Source of the DNA: Candidatus Omnitrophota bacterium
Lineage (GTDB): Bacteria > Omnitrophota > Gorgyraeia > Zapsychrales > Fredricksoniimonadaceae
NCBI GenBank assembly: GCA_037131245.1
Contig: JBAXRK010000003.1
Location: 3,333 to 67,332 of the forward strand
Direction: 5' to 3'
Length of the DNA: 64,000 bases
Shown here: in pieces, positions 39,344-48,689 of the stretch
Numbering within the stretch: the first letter of the stretch is position 1
Layout: each line of letters begins with the position of its first letter
Translations under genes and position numbers: made by a program
Notes under the pieces: generated by a model
What the model was told of the DNA's origin: nothing
Seen by the model: the letters and a program-made list of their open reading frames with translations, nothing else
Database searches by the model: none

Positions 39344-40096
39344 ATGAAAGGTGTTCTTTACGCGGGTTTTGTTTTGTGCGGTGTTTTATCGGCATCAGCT
39401 GCTTTTGCTGAAGAGCCTTTGCTAACATTATTGGGTGCCGGGACGGTGGTCACGTCCAGTCCTTATGACGGGGTCGGCGTGAGCGTTCTGCCGGTGCCAT
39501 TTATGGCCTGGGAGCATAAAGGATTTTATATCCGCGGCATTGAGGCCGGGTATTCTTTTTATGAACACGGGGGTCTCAAGCTCAGCGCGGTCACTTCCCC
39601 TCGCATGATGGGCTACAGTTCCGAGGATAGCGACGCTCTAAGTGGCATGGAAGACCGCCGGCGATCGCTGGACGCTGGTTTTCGCGCCGAGCTGGCCTTG
39701 CCTTTTGTGACAGGGCTTTCTGTTAATGCCAAGGTTCTCAATGATGTGCTGTCACGATCTAACGGGCAGGAGGGCGAGTTATCGCTCGAGCAGTTCTACG
39801 GGGCGAAATATTTGCGGCTCCGGCTTTCGGGGGGCGTGAAAGTCCAGTCGAGCCGGTTAACGAATTATTATTATGGCGTCCGGACGGCTGAAGCGCGCCC
39901 TGGCCGCCAGGAGTATAAGCCGGGGACAGCGGTCGATCCTTTCCTGGGCGTGATGCTGACGACCGGTTTCTCCGAGAATTGGCTGGTCATCACGCGTTTG
40001 GGCGTGGATCTTCTTGATCCCGCCATTCGCAAAAGCCCGATCGTTGACAAGAGTTATACGATGATGGGGATGGTGGGCGTGGTCAGGAGGTTCTAA
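39344..40096 (+). CDS. MipA/OmpV-family outer-membrane protein
   Basis: Signal VLYAGFVLCGVLSASAAFA. SSPYDGVGVSVLPVPFMAWEHKGFYIRGIEAGY. C-terminal MMGMVGVVRRF (terminal Phe). Confidence 0.65.
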   Translation: MKGVLYAGFVLCGVLSASAAFAEEPLLTLLGAGTVVTSSPYDGVGVSVLPVPFMAWEHKGFYIRGIEAGYSFYEHGGLKLSAVTSPRMMGYSSEDSDALSGMEDRRRSLDAGFRAELALPFVTGLSVNAKVLNDVLSRSNGQEGELSLEQFYGAKYLRLRLSGGVKVQSSRLTNYYYGVRTAEARPGRQEYKPGTAVDPFLGVMLTTGFSENWLVITRLGVDLLDPAIRKSPIVDKSYTMMGMVGVVRRF

Positions 40097-40102
40097 AAAA
40101 CC

Positions 40103-40131
40103 TTGCGGCGGGCAAGCCCAGTCCATATAAT
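40103..40131 (+). promoter_or_regulatory. sigma70-like promoter candidate TTGCGG-N17-TATAAT upstream of trxA
   Basis: TTGCGG 40103-40108, 17-nt spacer, TATAAT 40126-40131. trxA ATG at 40177 is preceded by AAGGAG. Confidence 0.4.
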
Positions 40132-40176
40132 GGGGTTTCTTTGAACACAATAGATCATAGCGATAAGGAGTGTCAT

Positions 40177-40500
40177 ATGAGCGCAGCAGTCAAGGTCACA
40201 AAGGCGAATTTTGAAGCCGAAGTGTTAAAGTCGAATATTCCGGTCCTGGTGGATTTCTGGGCAGAGTGGTGCGGGCCGTGTAAGATGGTACTCCCGATCA
40301 TGGACGAGATCGCTAAAGACATGGCCGGACAGGTCAAGATCTGTAAGGTCAACGTTGACGACAGCCAGGACCTCGCGGCGGACTTCAACGTGATGTCCAT
40401 TCCCACGCTCATTATTTTCAAGGGTGGAAAGCCGGTCGACCAGATGGTCGGCGCGCTTCCCAAGGGAAAGATCGTCGAAAAACTGAAAGCGCAGCTGTAA
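40177..40500 (+). CDS. trxA: thioredoxin
   Basis: AAGGAG at 40165-40170. VLVDFWAEWCGPCKM active site. 107 aa from ATG 40177. Confidence 0.95.
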   Translation: MSAAVKVTKANFEAEVLKSNIPVLVDFWAEWCGPCKMVLPIMDEIAKDMAGQVKICKVNVDDSQDLAADFNVMSIPTLIIFKGGKPVDQMVGALPKGKIVEKLKAQL

Positions 40501-40851
40501 ATGCTACTTACCTTTTGTAAAGCCAAGATCGCCCACGCCCGCGTTACCCAGGCGGAGCTGTATTACGAGGGCAGTATCACGATCGATGAGGATATCATCA
40601 AGTCGGTCGGCATCATGCCCGGCGAGAAAGTGGAGATCTTTAATGTTAATAATGGCTCGCGCATCGAGACCTACGTGATCGCGGGCAAGTCCGGCGGCGG
40701 GCAGATCTGCCTTAACGGCCCGGCGGCCCGCCAGGGCTACGCGGGTGACAAGCTGATCATCGTCAGCTATTGCCTGGTCACGCCCGATGAAGCGCGCGGC
40801 ATGAAAACTGCAACGGTGTACCTCGACGATGCCAACCGCATTAAAACTTAG
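40501..40851 (+). CDS. panD: aspartate 1-decarboxylase
   Basis: KAKIAHARVTQAELYYEGSITIDEDI (self-processing Gly-Ser site), IFNVNNGSRIETYVI, NGPAAR. Confidence 0.95.
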   Translation: MLLTFCKAKIAHARVTQAELYYEGSITIDEDIIKSVGIMPGEKVEIFNVNNGSRIETYVIAGKSGGGQICLNGPAARQGYAGDKLIIVSYCLVTPDEARGMKTATVYLDDANRIKT

Positions 40852-41362
40852 GTATTACGGTGACCCTGTCCTGCGCAAGACCGCCCGCCCCGTGAAGAGT
40901 GTCGGAGCGGCGGAGCGGCTGATCATCCACGAGATGATCCGCGCGATGTACGATTTTGACGGCTCCGGCCTGGCCGCGCCGCAGGTAGGCATTGACGAGC
41001 AGATCTTCGTGGCTGATGCCGGTGAGGGGCCGTACGCCATCATCAATCCTGAAGTGCTCAGGATCATCGGCAAGGAGACGGTCCTGGAAGAAGGGTGCCT
41101 TAGCCTGCCGGGCATCCGGATCAATGTTAAAAGGCCCGAGACCATTGCCGTGCGGTATCTTGATGAGACCGGCCGGGTCATTGAGCGCGAGCTTTCCGGC
41201 TTGATGGCCAAGATCTTTCAGCATGAAGGCGACCATCTTTTCGGCCGGATGATCATCGATTACGCGACCGACGCCGACCGCGAGAAATTCAAGGTCCAGA
41301 TCGCCAAGCTTGAAGCGCTCAGCTCCATTCGCCCTCTCTCGAAAGTTAATGCCAGTGCCTAA
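40829..41362 (+). CDS. def: peptide deformylase
   Basis: YGDPVLRK, GLAAPQVG, EGCLSLPG, QHEGDHL motifs. Overlaps the panD 3' end by 23 nt. Confidence 0.9.
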   Translation: MPTALKLRYYGDPVLRKTARPVKSVGAAERLIIHEMIRAMYDFDGSGLAAPQVGIDEQIFVADAGEGPYAIINPEVLRIIGKETVLEEGCLSLPGIRINVKRPETIAVRYLDETGRVIERELSGLMAKIFQHEGDHLFGRMIIDYATDADREKFKVQIAKLEALSSIRPLSKVNASA

Positions 41363-42263
41363 CTGTGGTTGTACCAAGAAAGAAGCGTTGCCGGAGTGGT
41401 TCCGTCAGCCGGTCCCCGATCAGCAGGCCATGGGCCGGATGCGGTCCCTTTTAAAAGAGACCGGTTTGACCACGGTATGCCAGGGCGCGCATTGCCCCAA
41501 TACCGGCGAATGCTGGTCGAAGGGAACGGCCACGTTCATGATCCTGGGGTCGCGCTGTTCACGCGCGTGCCGTTTTTGCGCGGTGGAGCATGGCGCGCCC
41601 GATGAGATCTCCTATGAAGAGCCGCTTCTGGTCGCGGAAGCGGTCAAGCGCCTGGGGTTGAAATACGCGGTGATCACGTCCGTCACCCGTGATGACCTGG
41701 CCGACGGCGGGGCGGAGCAGTTCGCCCGTACCGTGCGCGCGATCCGTTCGTCCGCGCCGGAATGCGGGGTGGAACTGTTGATCCCGGATTTTGCCGGTGA
41801 TGATGTCGCGTTGGGCATTGTGATGGAGTCCGGTCCGCAGGTTCTGGGCCATAACATTGAGACGGTACGCCGGCTTTCGCCCGAATTGCGGTCGGGCGCC
41901 GATCATGACCGGTCGCTGGCGCTTTTGCGCAAGATCCGTGAGGCCGGCGGAGATATCCTGGTCAAGTCCGGTTTAATGACGGGCCTGGGTGAGACCGATG
42001 ACGAAATTTTTTCCACTTTGCGGGAGTTAAAGCAAGCCGGTTGTGATATTGTAACCATCGGCCAGTACTTGGCACCGTCCAAAGACACGCGACATTTACC
42101 GGTAGCCCGTTACGTGAAGCCGGAAATGTTCGATCAATATAAGGCGGAAGGGCTTAAAATGGGCATCCGCTATATTGCCTCCGGCGCTTTGGTACGCAGT
42201 TCGTATATGGCGGAAGAAGGTTTTGAAGGATGTTGTTCTTCTAAGAAAGGCTGTTGTAAATGA
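41349..42263 (+). CDS. lipA: lipoyl synthase
   Basis: LPEWF..., CQGAHCPNTGECW, ATFMILGSRCSRACRFCAV (two Cys clusters), SGLMTGLGET. ATG at 41349 is preferred over the tracked 41310. Confidence 0.95.
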   Translation: MPVPNCGCTKKEALPEWFRQPVPDQQAMGRMRSLLKETGLTTVCQGAHCPNTGECWSKGTATFMILGSRCSRACRFCAVEHGAPDEISYEEPLLVAEAVKRLGLKYAVITSVTRDDLADGGAEQFARTVRAIRSSAPECGVELLIPDFAGDDVALGIVMESGPQVLGHNIETVRRLSPELRSGADHDRSLALLRKIREAGGDILVKSGLMTGLGETDDEIFSTLRELKQAGCDIVTIGQYLAPSKDTRHLPVARYVKPEMFDQYKAEGLKMGIRYIASGALVRSSYMAEEGFEGCCSSKKGCCK

Positions 42264-43252
42264 AAGAACGGATGAAGAACGCCATGTCATTCTTAGGCCG
42301 CTTTGTTTTCAGTGGCCTGCTTTTGGCCTGGCTGTTCAGCAATATCAATTGGCGCGACATTGTCGGCGCGCTTAAAAAAGCCGATGTCGGCCTGCTGGGC
42401 TGGGCTTTTGCTATTAATTTTGTGATCCAGCTGATCTGCCTGGTGCGCTGGGCCCTGTTGATGAAGGCCCTTAATCTTAAGGCGTCATGGAGCACGACGT
42501 TCCGGTATTTCTTTATCGGCCTTTTTTGCAATTTATTCCTTCCAACGTCTATTGGCGGCGATGTGGTGAAGGCCATCGGCATGTCGCGCAGCGTGGGCAA
42601 CAAGGCCAAAGTCTTTGCTTCGGTCGTGCTTGACCGCCTCAGCGGGTTCGGCGGGCTGGTCGTGCTGGCGCTCTTGGCGTATCTTTTCGGGCATCAGGTG
42701 ATCGACGCGCCGGCGGTCATGATCCCGGTCATTTCCCTGTCGCTGCTTTCCCTGGTGGTGGGTTTTATGCTGTTCCATGAGAAAGTGTACACCCTTTGTT
42801 ACAAGATCTTCTCGCCTTTCCCCAAGGTGCATCACGCTTTGATGGACATGCACGCGGACGTGGTGCTGATGAAGGCGCGTAAGCGCACGGCTTTCGGTTG
42901 CGTGGCATTGTCGGCGCTGCTTCAGGTCATGGGGGCGTATATGTATTACCTGATCGCGATCGCCCTCGGCCAGCATGTGTCGCTGATGTATTTCCTGGTG
43001 GTGGCGCCGATCGTTTGCGCGGTTACTTTTCTGCCGTCCATCGGCGGGCTTGGCGTGCGCGAGGTGGGCTGGGTTTATTTTCTGGCCAAGGTGGGGGTCG
43101 ATAAAGGTGTCGCCGCCAGCATCAGCTTGATCAGTTTCTTTTTCGTGGTCGTGGTCGGCCTTCTGGGGGGTATCCTTTATGTCACGTCAGGTCCTTCTCG
43201 ACGGGTACAATGTTCTGCAGCAGATGCCGCAGCTGAGCTCCCTCAAGCTTGA
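42260..43252 (+). CDS. UPF0104/MprF-TM-like (lysylphosphatidylglycerol-synthase transmembrane region-like) membrane protein
   Basis: ATGA overlap with lipA. Eight hydrophobic helices. FFIGLFCNLFLPTSIGGDVVKA block typical of this family. Confidence 0.6.
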   Translation: MKERMKNAMSFLGRFVFSGLLLAWLFSNINWRDIVGALKKADVGLLGWAFAINFVIQLICLVRWALLMKALNLKASWSTTFRYFFIGLFCNLFLPTSIGGDVVKAIGMSRSVGNKAKVFASVVLDRLSGFGGLVVLALLAYLFGHQVIDAPAVMIPVISLSLLSLVVGFMLFHEKVYTLCYKIFSPFPKVHHALMDMHADVVLMKARKRTAFGCVALSALLQVMGAYMYYLIAIALGQHVSLMYFLVVAPIVCAVTFLPSIGGLGVREVGWVYFLAKVGVDKGVAASISLISFFFVVVVGLLGGILYVTSGPSRRVQCSAADAAAELPQA

Positions 43253-43685
43253 GGACGGGCGCCGCGGTTTAGTCAGGTTCGTTGAAGCCAACCGCCCGCA
43301 GGGCAGCGCGCGCAATTCCATCACCATTATTTTTGACGGCAAAGAAGACATCTGGGGCAGCGAGTCCTCAGGGGAAGTCCGCGTCCTGTTTTCCAAGGGC
43401 GAGACGGCCGACGACCTCATCAAGCGCATGGTTTCCGCTGGAGGATTGCCCGGTGAAACGATCCTGGTGACGGACGACCGCGACCTCGGTTATTACTGCA
43501 AAGCGTATGGCGTGGTCCTTTGGAGCGTGGCGCAGTTCCTGGAGCAGGCCCGCAAGACCGGCAAGGTTTTAAAGACCGGCGTTCGCGAGAAAGGCCCCCG
43601 GCCAGACGCCGCGGAGGGCAAGGATATCCCCAGCCGCACAGCTAATCAGATCAATGCCGAACTGTCACGGCTTTGGTTGAAATGA
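43179..43685 (+). CDS. NYN/YacP-like predicted RNase domain protein
   Basis: MSRQVLLDGYNVL...ITIIFDG...VLFSKGETADDLI...ILVTDDRDL pattern (YacP/DUF901-like). Overlaps the upstream gene by 74 nt. Confidence 0.6.
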   Translation: MSRQVLLDGYNVLQQMPQLSSLKLEDGRRGLVRFVEANRPQGSARNSITIIFDGKEDIWGSESSGEVRVLFSKGETADDLIKRMVSAGGLPGETILVTDDRDLGYYCKAYGVVLWSVAQFLEQARKTGKVLKTGVREKGPRPDAAEGKDIPSRTANQINAELSRLWLK

Positions 43686-43734
43686 TCCGTTATATAACGT
43701 GCCCGGAGCCGGGTATTATCTAGTGAGGCTATTC

Positions 43735-45459
43735 ATGCGAGTAACTTACCTTAAGGTTATCAAGGTTCTTTTCTGTTTGATGTTCTTTCAGGTCCTGCTG
43801 CTGGCGCCGTCAGACAGTGATGCCGCGGGGCAGAAGAATATCCTTGTCCTTCATTCTTATCACCAAGGTTACAAGTGGACGGACGATGAGCAGCGCGGGA
43901 TCATGGCCGCTCTGGGGCCGATGGTGATGAATTCCAGGCTTTATTTTGAGTACATGGGCACCAAGTGGGTGGCGGATGCGCCGTTCTTTGAGCAGTTGCG
44001 GGATGTGCTTAAACGGCGTTATGCCAATATGCCGCCGGATGTGATCATCGCGACGGATAACGACGCTTTTAATTTTCTTCGCAAATACCGTAACGAGATG
44101 TTCGGTGAGGTCCCGGTCGTGTTCTGCGGTGTCAACTGGTTCAAACCGGAGGATCTTCAGGGGCAATCTTTATATACGGGAGTCAATGAGGACGCGGATA
44201 TTAAAGCCGGCCTTGACCTTATGCTCCGGCTGCATCCGCGGACCAAGGATGTTTATGTTATCGCTGACCTGACAACGACCGGTCAGGCTATCCATCGCGA
44301 GCTTCAGGAGGCTTTTCCGTTCTATCAAGGCCGGGTTGCGTTCCACGTGCTTGATGATCTGCTGTTGCCGGAGGTCCTCGATAAGGTCTCCCGTCTTTCC
44401 GGCGACAGTATCGTCTTTATTACTATTTTTCAGAAAGACAAGTCCGGAAAGTTCTTTGAATTCAATGAGATCGCGGAAAAGGTCTCTCAAAGCAGCAAAG
44501 TTCCGGTCTATGGCCTGTGGGATTTTCATTTAGGTTACGGCATCATTGGCGGGATGTTAACGAGTGGTTATGCCCAAGGCACGGCTGCCGGAGAGATCGC
44601 GTTGCGCGTCTTGAACGGCGTCTCTCCTGATGCTATTCCCGTTGTGATGAAGAGCCCGAATCGTTACATGTTCGATCATCTTCAGTTGCGGCGTTTCGGG
44701 ATCGATCAGGTGAACCTCCCGGCGGGAAGTATCGTCATCAATGAGCCGGCTTCGTTTTACCAGGACCATAAGGGGCTGGTGTGGAGTGTTTTGGCCGTGT
44801 TTCTTTTCCTAAGCGGGATGGTCGTGGTCCTGCTGGTCAATATCCACCGGCGCCGCCTGGTGGAAGGGCAATTGCGTCAGGCGCAGGCCGGCCTCGAGGA
44901 TAGGGTTAAAGAAAGAACTGACGCGTTGAACAAAGAAAAAGAGCTGCTGCGGGAAAGCGAGGCGTCCTACCGTAATCAATTTGCCATGAATTCCGCGGTC
45001 ATGCTCCTGATAGATCCTGAGGAAGGCGTGATCGTTGATGCCAACGCGGCGGCGAGTGCTTTTTACGGTTATACGCCGGAGAAGATCCTGGCCATGAAGA
45101 TATCTGATATTAACATGACCCCACCCGCTGAACTTAAGCAGGCGCTGGCTTCCGTTATGCCGGGATCGGGCAAGAGGTTTCATTTTCAGCATCGTTTGGC
45201 GGATGGGTCATTGCGGACGGTCGAGAGCGCGGGCAGTTATATTCAATTTGGAGCCCGCAGGTTACTGCATTCGATCGTTTTTGATATTACCGATCGCCAA
45301 AAAATGGAAATTGCCTTGCGGGAGCAGATGGATCAAGTGGTCAAAATGAACAAGTACATGGTCGATAGGGAAGTCAGGGTCATTGAGTTGAAGAAAGAAG
45401 TGAACGCTCTATGCAAAGAGTTTGGACGCCCGGAGCCGTATGCCGGGGGGGTATCCTGA
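43735..45459 (+). CDS. membrane sensor: periplasmic ABC-substrate-binding-like domain + TM + PAS, no recognisable output domain
   Basis: Signal/anchor VIKVLFCLMFFQVLLLAPSDSDA. Periplasmic KNILVLHSYHQGYKWTDD (BMP/ABC-SBP-like sensor domain). TM VWSVLAVFLFLSGMVVVLLVNI. Coiled coil, then PAS (LLIDPEEGVIVDANAAASAFYGY...RLLHSIVFDITDRQ). Ends after a short helix. Confidence 0.55.
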   Translation: MRVTYLKVIKVLFCLMFFQVLLLAPSDSDAAGQKNILVLHSYHQGYKWTDDEQRGIMAALGPMVMNSRLYFEYMGTKWVADAPFFEQLRDVLKRRYANMPPDVIIATDNDAFNFLRKYRNEMFGEVPVVFCGVNWFKPEDLQGQSLYTGVNEDADIKAGLDLMLRLHPRTKDVYVIADLTTTGQAIHRELQEAFPFYQGRVAFHVLDDLLLPEVLDKVSRLSGDSIVFITIFQKDKSGKFFEFNEIAEKVSQSSKVPVYGLWDFHLGYGIIGGMLTSGYAQGTAAGEIALRVLNGVSPDAIPVVMKSPNRYMFDHLQLRRFGIDQVNLPAGSIVINEPASFYQDHKGLVWSVLAVFLFLSGMVVVLLVNIHRRRLVEGQLRQAQAGLEDRVKERTDALNKEKELLRESEASYRNQFAMNSAVMLLIDPEEGVIVDANAAASAFYGYTPEKILAMKISDINMTPPAELKQALASVMPGSGKRFHFQHRLADGSLRTVESAGSYIQFGARRLLHSIVFDITDRQKMEIALREQMDQVVKMNKYMVDREVRVIELKKEVNALCKEFGRPEPYAGGVS

Positions 45460-45606
45460 CCTTCTGTCGGCAATCTCAAGAATATGACAAGGCGTGGGAT
45501 GACGTGCATAGCGCGAGAAATTTGGGAGATACGCCAAGACCTGATTTTATCAAAGCCCTCCAGGGGGCATCAGGAAAAGATTGGTAATCCATTGGGAGGA
45601 AGATTG

Positions 45607-45891
45607 ATGGCAAATATTCTTAAGGTAATTGTTGAGAAGCCAACGGAGAAAAGACTTATTGATCTGGGTGTAAAGTCCTGGCCGATATGGACCAAAGAAG
45701 TCTCAACGTTTGATTGGCAATATGATGAACAAGAGATCTGTTTATTCCTTGATGGTGATGTGACGGTCAAGACGCCGTTTGAGACTGTTTCATTCGGCAA
45801 GAGCGATCTTGTGACATTTCCGAAAGGATTAAGCTGTACCTGGCACGTTAAAAAGGCCGTGCGTAAACATTATAAGTTCGGGGATGCGTGA
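45607..45891 (+). CDS. small cupin (DUF861-like)
   Basis: GGGAGGA SD at 45594-45600. VKSWPIWTKEVSTFDWQYDEQEICLFLDGDVTV...VTFPKGLSCTWHV. Confidence 0.6.
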   Translation: MANILKVIVEKPTEKRLIDLGVKSWPIWTKEVSTFDWQYDEQEICLFLDGDVTVKTPFETVSFGKSDLVTFPKGLSCTWHVKKAVRKHYKFGDA

Positions 45892-45911
45892 CGCTTCTTG
45901 ATCCTGTTCCC

Positions 45912-46283
45912 ATGAGTGTTCGCATCGACAAATGGTTATGGTCGGTGCGGATTTGCAAAACACGGCTGGTGGCAACGGAGCTGTGTAAAAGGCATAAGGT
46001 CAGCATCGACGGGCAAGAAGTAAAACCATCACGTGCTGTTAGTGTTGGGCAGGTGATCGTTGTCCGCAAAGATGGTCTGAGTTGGCAGTATCGCGTCTTG
46101 AAATGCATTGATAAGCGTATTAGTGCGGTACTTGCTAAAGAGTGTTGTGAAGACATAACGCCTCAAGTGGAAAAAGATAAGCTTTTACTCATTAAGGGCG
46201 GATGGGTGCCGCGCCGCGCTAAAGGCGAAGGCCGGCCGACTAAAAAAGAGCGTCGGGATATGGATCGTGTCATGAATTTGTAG
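45912..46283 (+). CDS. S4-domain RNA-binding protein (Hsp15/HslR-like)
   Basis: MSVRIDKWLWSVRICKTRLVATELCKRHKVSIDGQEVKPSRAVSVGQVIVV. Basic C-terminal tail. Alternative GTG start at 45888. Confidence 0.7.
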   Translation: MSVRIDKWLWSVRICKTRLVATELCKRHKVSIDGQEVKPSRAVSVGQVIVVRKDGLSWQYRVLKCIDKRISAVLAKECCEDITPQVEKDKLLLIKGGWVPRRAKGEGRPTKKERRDMDRVMNL

Positions 46284-46321
46284 CGTGGATCAGGGTAAGG
46301 GGATCTTAATAGAGGGAACTT

Positions 46322-47401
46322 ATGATGAACATAAGGATGTTACTCAAGGAGATGACCGAGCGTAATGCTTCGGACCTTTTTTTACGCGTCGGGGGATCGG
46401 TCCGTTTTAAAATTGACGGTTCACTCGTTCCCTTTAACGATGATATTTTGACGGTCGGGCTTCTTAACGAGGCCGTTGAAGATCTAACGACGCCTCAACA
46501 GCGGGAAGTTCTAAGGGATAAATTAGATGTCGATTTTGCCATTTATATTAAAGAGTTGAATTTGCGTTTTCGCGTCAGTATTTTTCTGCAGAGGGGGTTG
46601 CCGGCGATCGTCATCAGGAGCGTGAGAAGGGCCCCGGAGTCATTTGAGGGTCTTAATTTGCCGGTAGATGTTTTAAAAAAGCTATCCATGGAGAGGAACG
46701 GTTTGGTGCTTCTGACCGGGACCATGGGGAGCGGCAAGTCGACCACGATCGCCAGCATGGTCGAGTATATCAATCAACATAGCCGAAAGCATATTTTGAC
46801 CATCGAAGAGCCCATCGAGTTTACCTTTGAAGATAAAGAATCGCTCATCAACCAAAGAGAGCTGGGGTTGGATGTTTTAACTTATGAAAGTGCCTTGCGA
46901 TCATTTACGTTGCAGAGCCCGGATGTTTTAATGATAGGCAATATACGCGATCATGAAACCATGTCCAGCGCGATCACGGCCGCCGAAAGCGGGGTATTGG
47001 TGTTGAGCACGTTACACACTGCTAATGCGGCGCAGAGCATAGCCAGGATCATTAATTTCTATCCGCAGCATCTGCATCAGGAGGTAAGAAATCAGCTTTC
47101 CATGCTGCTTAAAGGCGTCATCTCTTTAAGTTTGCTTCCGTTGAAAAGCGGCCATGGGCGGATCCCCGCTTGCGAGATCATGCTTCTGACGCCGACTATT
47201 GGTCGTTTGATAAGAGACGACAAGCTCCGTGAGATGTCCAAGTATATGGCGGAAGGGGAAATGTTCGGGATGCAGACCTTTAATCGGTCTTTGGAGAAAT
47301 TAGTCAAGGAAGGCAAGGTTAGCGCGGAACAAGCGGTTGAGTTCACGGATAATAAAGATGATTTTATGATGGCGTTGAAGGGTATCAACAGAAAAGGGTG
47401 A
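46322..47401 (+). CDS. second PilT/PilU-family retraction ATPase
   Basis: ASDLFLRVGGSVRFKIDG, Walker A GTMGSGKSTT, LTIEEPIEF, VLMIGNIRDHET, SGVLVLSTLHT. Confidence 0.85.
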   Translation: MMNIRMLLKEMTERNASDLFLRVGGSVRFKIDGSLVPFNDDILTVGLLNEAVEDLTTPQQREVLRDKLDVDFAIYIKELNLRFRVSIFLQRGLPAIVIRSVRRAPESFEGLNLPVDVLKKLSMERNGLVLLTGTMGSGKSTTIASMVEYINQHSRKHILTIEEPIEFTFEDKESLINQRELGLDVLTYESALRSFTLQSPDVLMIGNIRDHETMSSAITAAESGVLVLSTLHTANAAQSIARIINFYPQHLHQEVRNQLSMLLKGVISLSLLPLKSGHGRIPACEIMLLTPTIGRLIRDDKLREMSKYMAEGEMFGMQTFNRSLEKLVKEGKVSAEQAVEFTDNKDDFMMALKGINRKG

Positions 47402-47407
47402 TCTTTC

Positions 47408-47857
47408 ATGTCGGATCGACGCAGGCCGCCGGTTAAAAAAGCGGATGAAATATTGGAAAATGTTTTTGCCGGGCATCGTGAAGCCCTGGAGGGCGGCCGG
47501 GAGAACGGGAAGCGGTATCTGCTGAATTTTCTTGAAAAGTTCAACTCAATCCCCAACGCCGTGAAGTTTTTCATCTATGATCTGTTGGCGGAGGATGCTT
47601 ATCAGGTCGACGACCAGGCCTTATGCCGGCAAGCGGTAGAGCGTGCCGGCGAATATCTGGAGGAAGCGCGGGAGAAGAATGCCCGGCAGTTGACCGAATA
47701 TCTGCCTTCACTCCGTTTTGTCGAGCGGGGCATATCGATCGCGGTGGAAGCGGGTGAATATGAAAAGGCTCTTTCTTTTTGTGATCTGGCGATCGAAAAC
47801 GGTTTGGGCAAAGCCTATGCCGCTAAAAGGGCTTCTATCGAAAGAATGCTGCCGTGA
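47408..47857 (+). CDS. hypothetical helical protein
   Basis: 149-aa ORF 6 nt after the second pilT-family gene. Helical, acidic. No recognised motif. Confidence 0.4.
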   Translation: MSDRRRPPVKKADEILENVFAGHREALEGGRENGKRYLLNFLEKFNSIPNAVKFFIYDLLAEDAYQVDDQALCRQAVERAGEYLEEAREKNARQLTEYLPSLRFVERGISIAVEAGEYEKALSFCDLAIENGLGKAYAAKRASIERMLP

Positions 47858-47911
47858 TGGCAGGAGGATCGGTGTTCGAAATTTTAGATTTTTCCCACGG
47901 GCAATTTAAGC

Positions 47912-47917
47912 TATAAT
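47912..47917 (+). promoter_or_regulatory. -10 hexamer TATAAT located 6 nt upstream of the mlaE ATG (leaderless geometry)
   Basis: TATAAT 47912-47917, cccctc, ATG 47924. No SD. Only a weak -35 (TTTTTC at 47889-47894). Confidence 0.35.
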
Positions 47918-47923
47918 CCCCTC

Positions 47924-48688
47924 ATGTTCAAGGTCCCGATCAATATCGTTTCTTCTATCGGCCGCGCGGCGCTTTTTCTGGGCGACGTTGTCAGCGTGGT
48001 TGTGCGTGGCAAAGTGCGCTGGAACGAGGTGTTTAAAGAAGTGTACGTGCAGGGCGTGCAGTCCTTGGGCATCGTGATGCTGGCGTCGCTTGCTTCCGGC
48101 GCGGTACTCGCCATGCAGAGCCGGGTGGCGCTTGAGCGTTTCGGCGCTAAAGAAGTGATGGCCCAGATGGTGGCGCTGTCCCTGGTGCGGGAGCTGGGGC
48201 CTGTTTTTACGGCGCTGGTCTTCTCCGGCAAGTCCGGAGCGGGTATCGCTTCCGAGCTGGCTACCATGAGCGTGAATAATCAGATCCAGGCCACGCGCAC
48301 CCTTGGCGTGGACCCGATCGGATTTCTGGTCGTTCCCCGGATGATGGCATGTATAATGGTGTTGCCTATCCTGGCGGTGGTGGCGGGGCTCACGGGCATC
48401 CTGGGCGGTTATCTGATCGGCGTGACGGAGGCCAATATCCTCAGCTCAGCGTATATCCGCCAGACGATAGAAGCCGTCGGGTTTACGGATTTCTTTTGCG
48501 GTTTCGTGAAGGTGTATTTTTTTGCGCTGTTTATCGGCTGGATCTGCTGTTACAGGGGTTTTACGACCACCGGCGGTTCGCTGGGAGTGGGGCGTTCCAC
48601 CACGCAGGCGGTCGCGGCTTGTTATATTTCGGTCATCGTATCGAATACGATCCTGACCAAATTGATCTTAACGTTCTGGGGGAATTGA
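47924..48688 (+). CDS. mlaE: MlaE-family ABC permease
   Basis: VQGVQSLGIVMLASLASGAVLAMQS, LVRELGPVFTALVFSGKSGAGIASELATM, TLGVDPIGFLVVPR. Confidence 0.85.
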   Translation: MFKVPINIVSSIGRAALFLGDVVSVVVRGKVRWNEVFKEVYVQGVQSLGIVMLASLASGAVLAMQSRVALERFGAKEVMAQMVALSLVRELGPVFTALVFSGKSGAGIASELATMSVNNQIQATRTLGVDPIGFLVVPRMMACIMVLPILAVVAGLTGILGGYLIGVTEANILSSAYIRQTIEAVGFTDFFCGFVKVYFFALFIGWICCYRGFTTTGGSLGVGRSTTQAVAACYISVIVSNTILTKLILTFWGN

Positions 48689-48689
48689 T

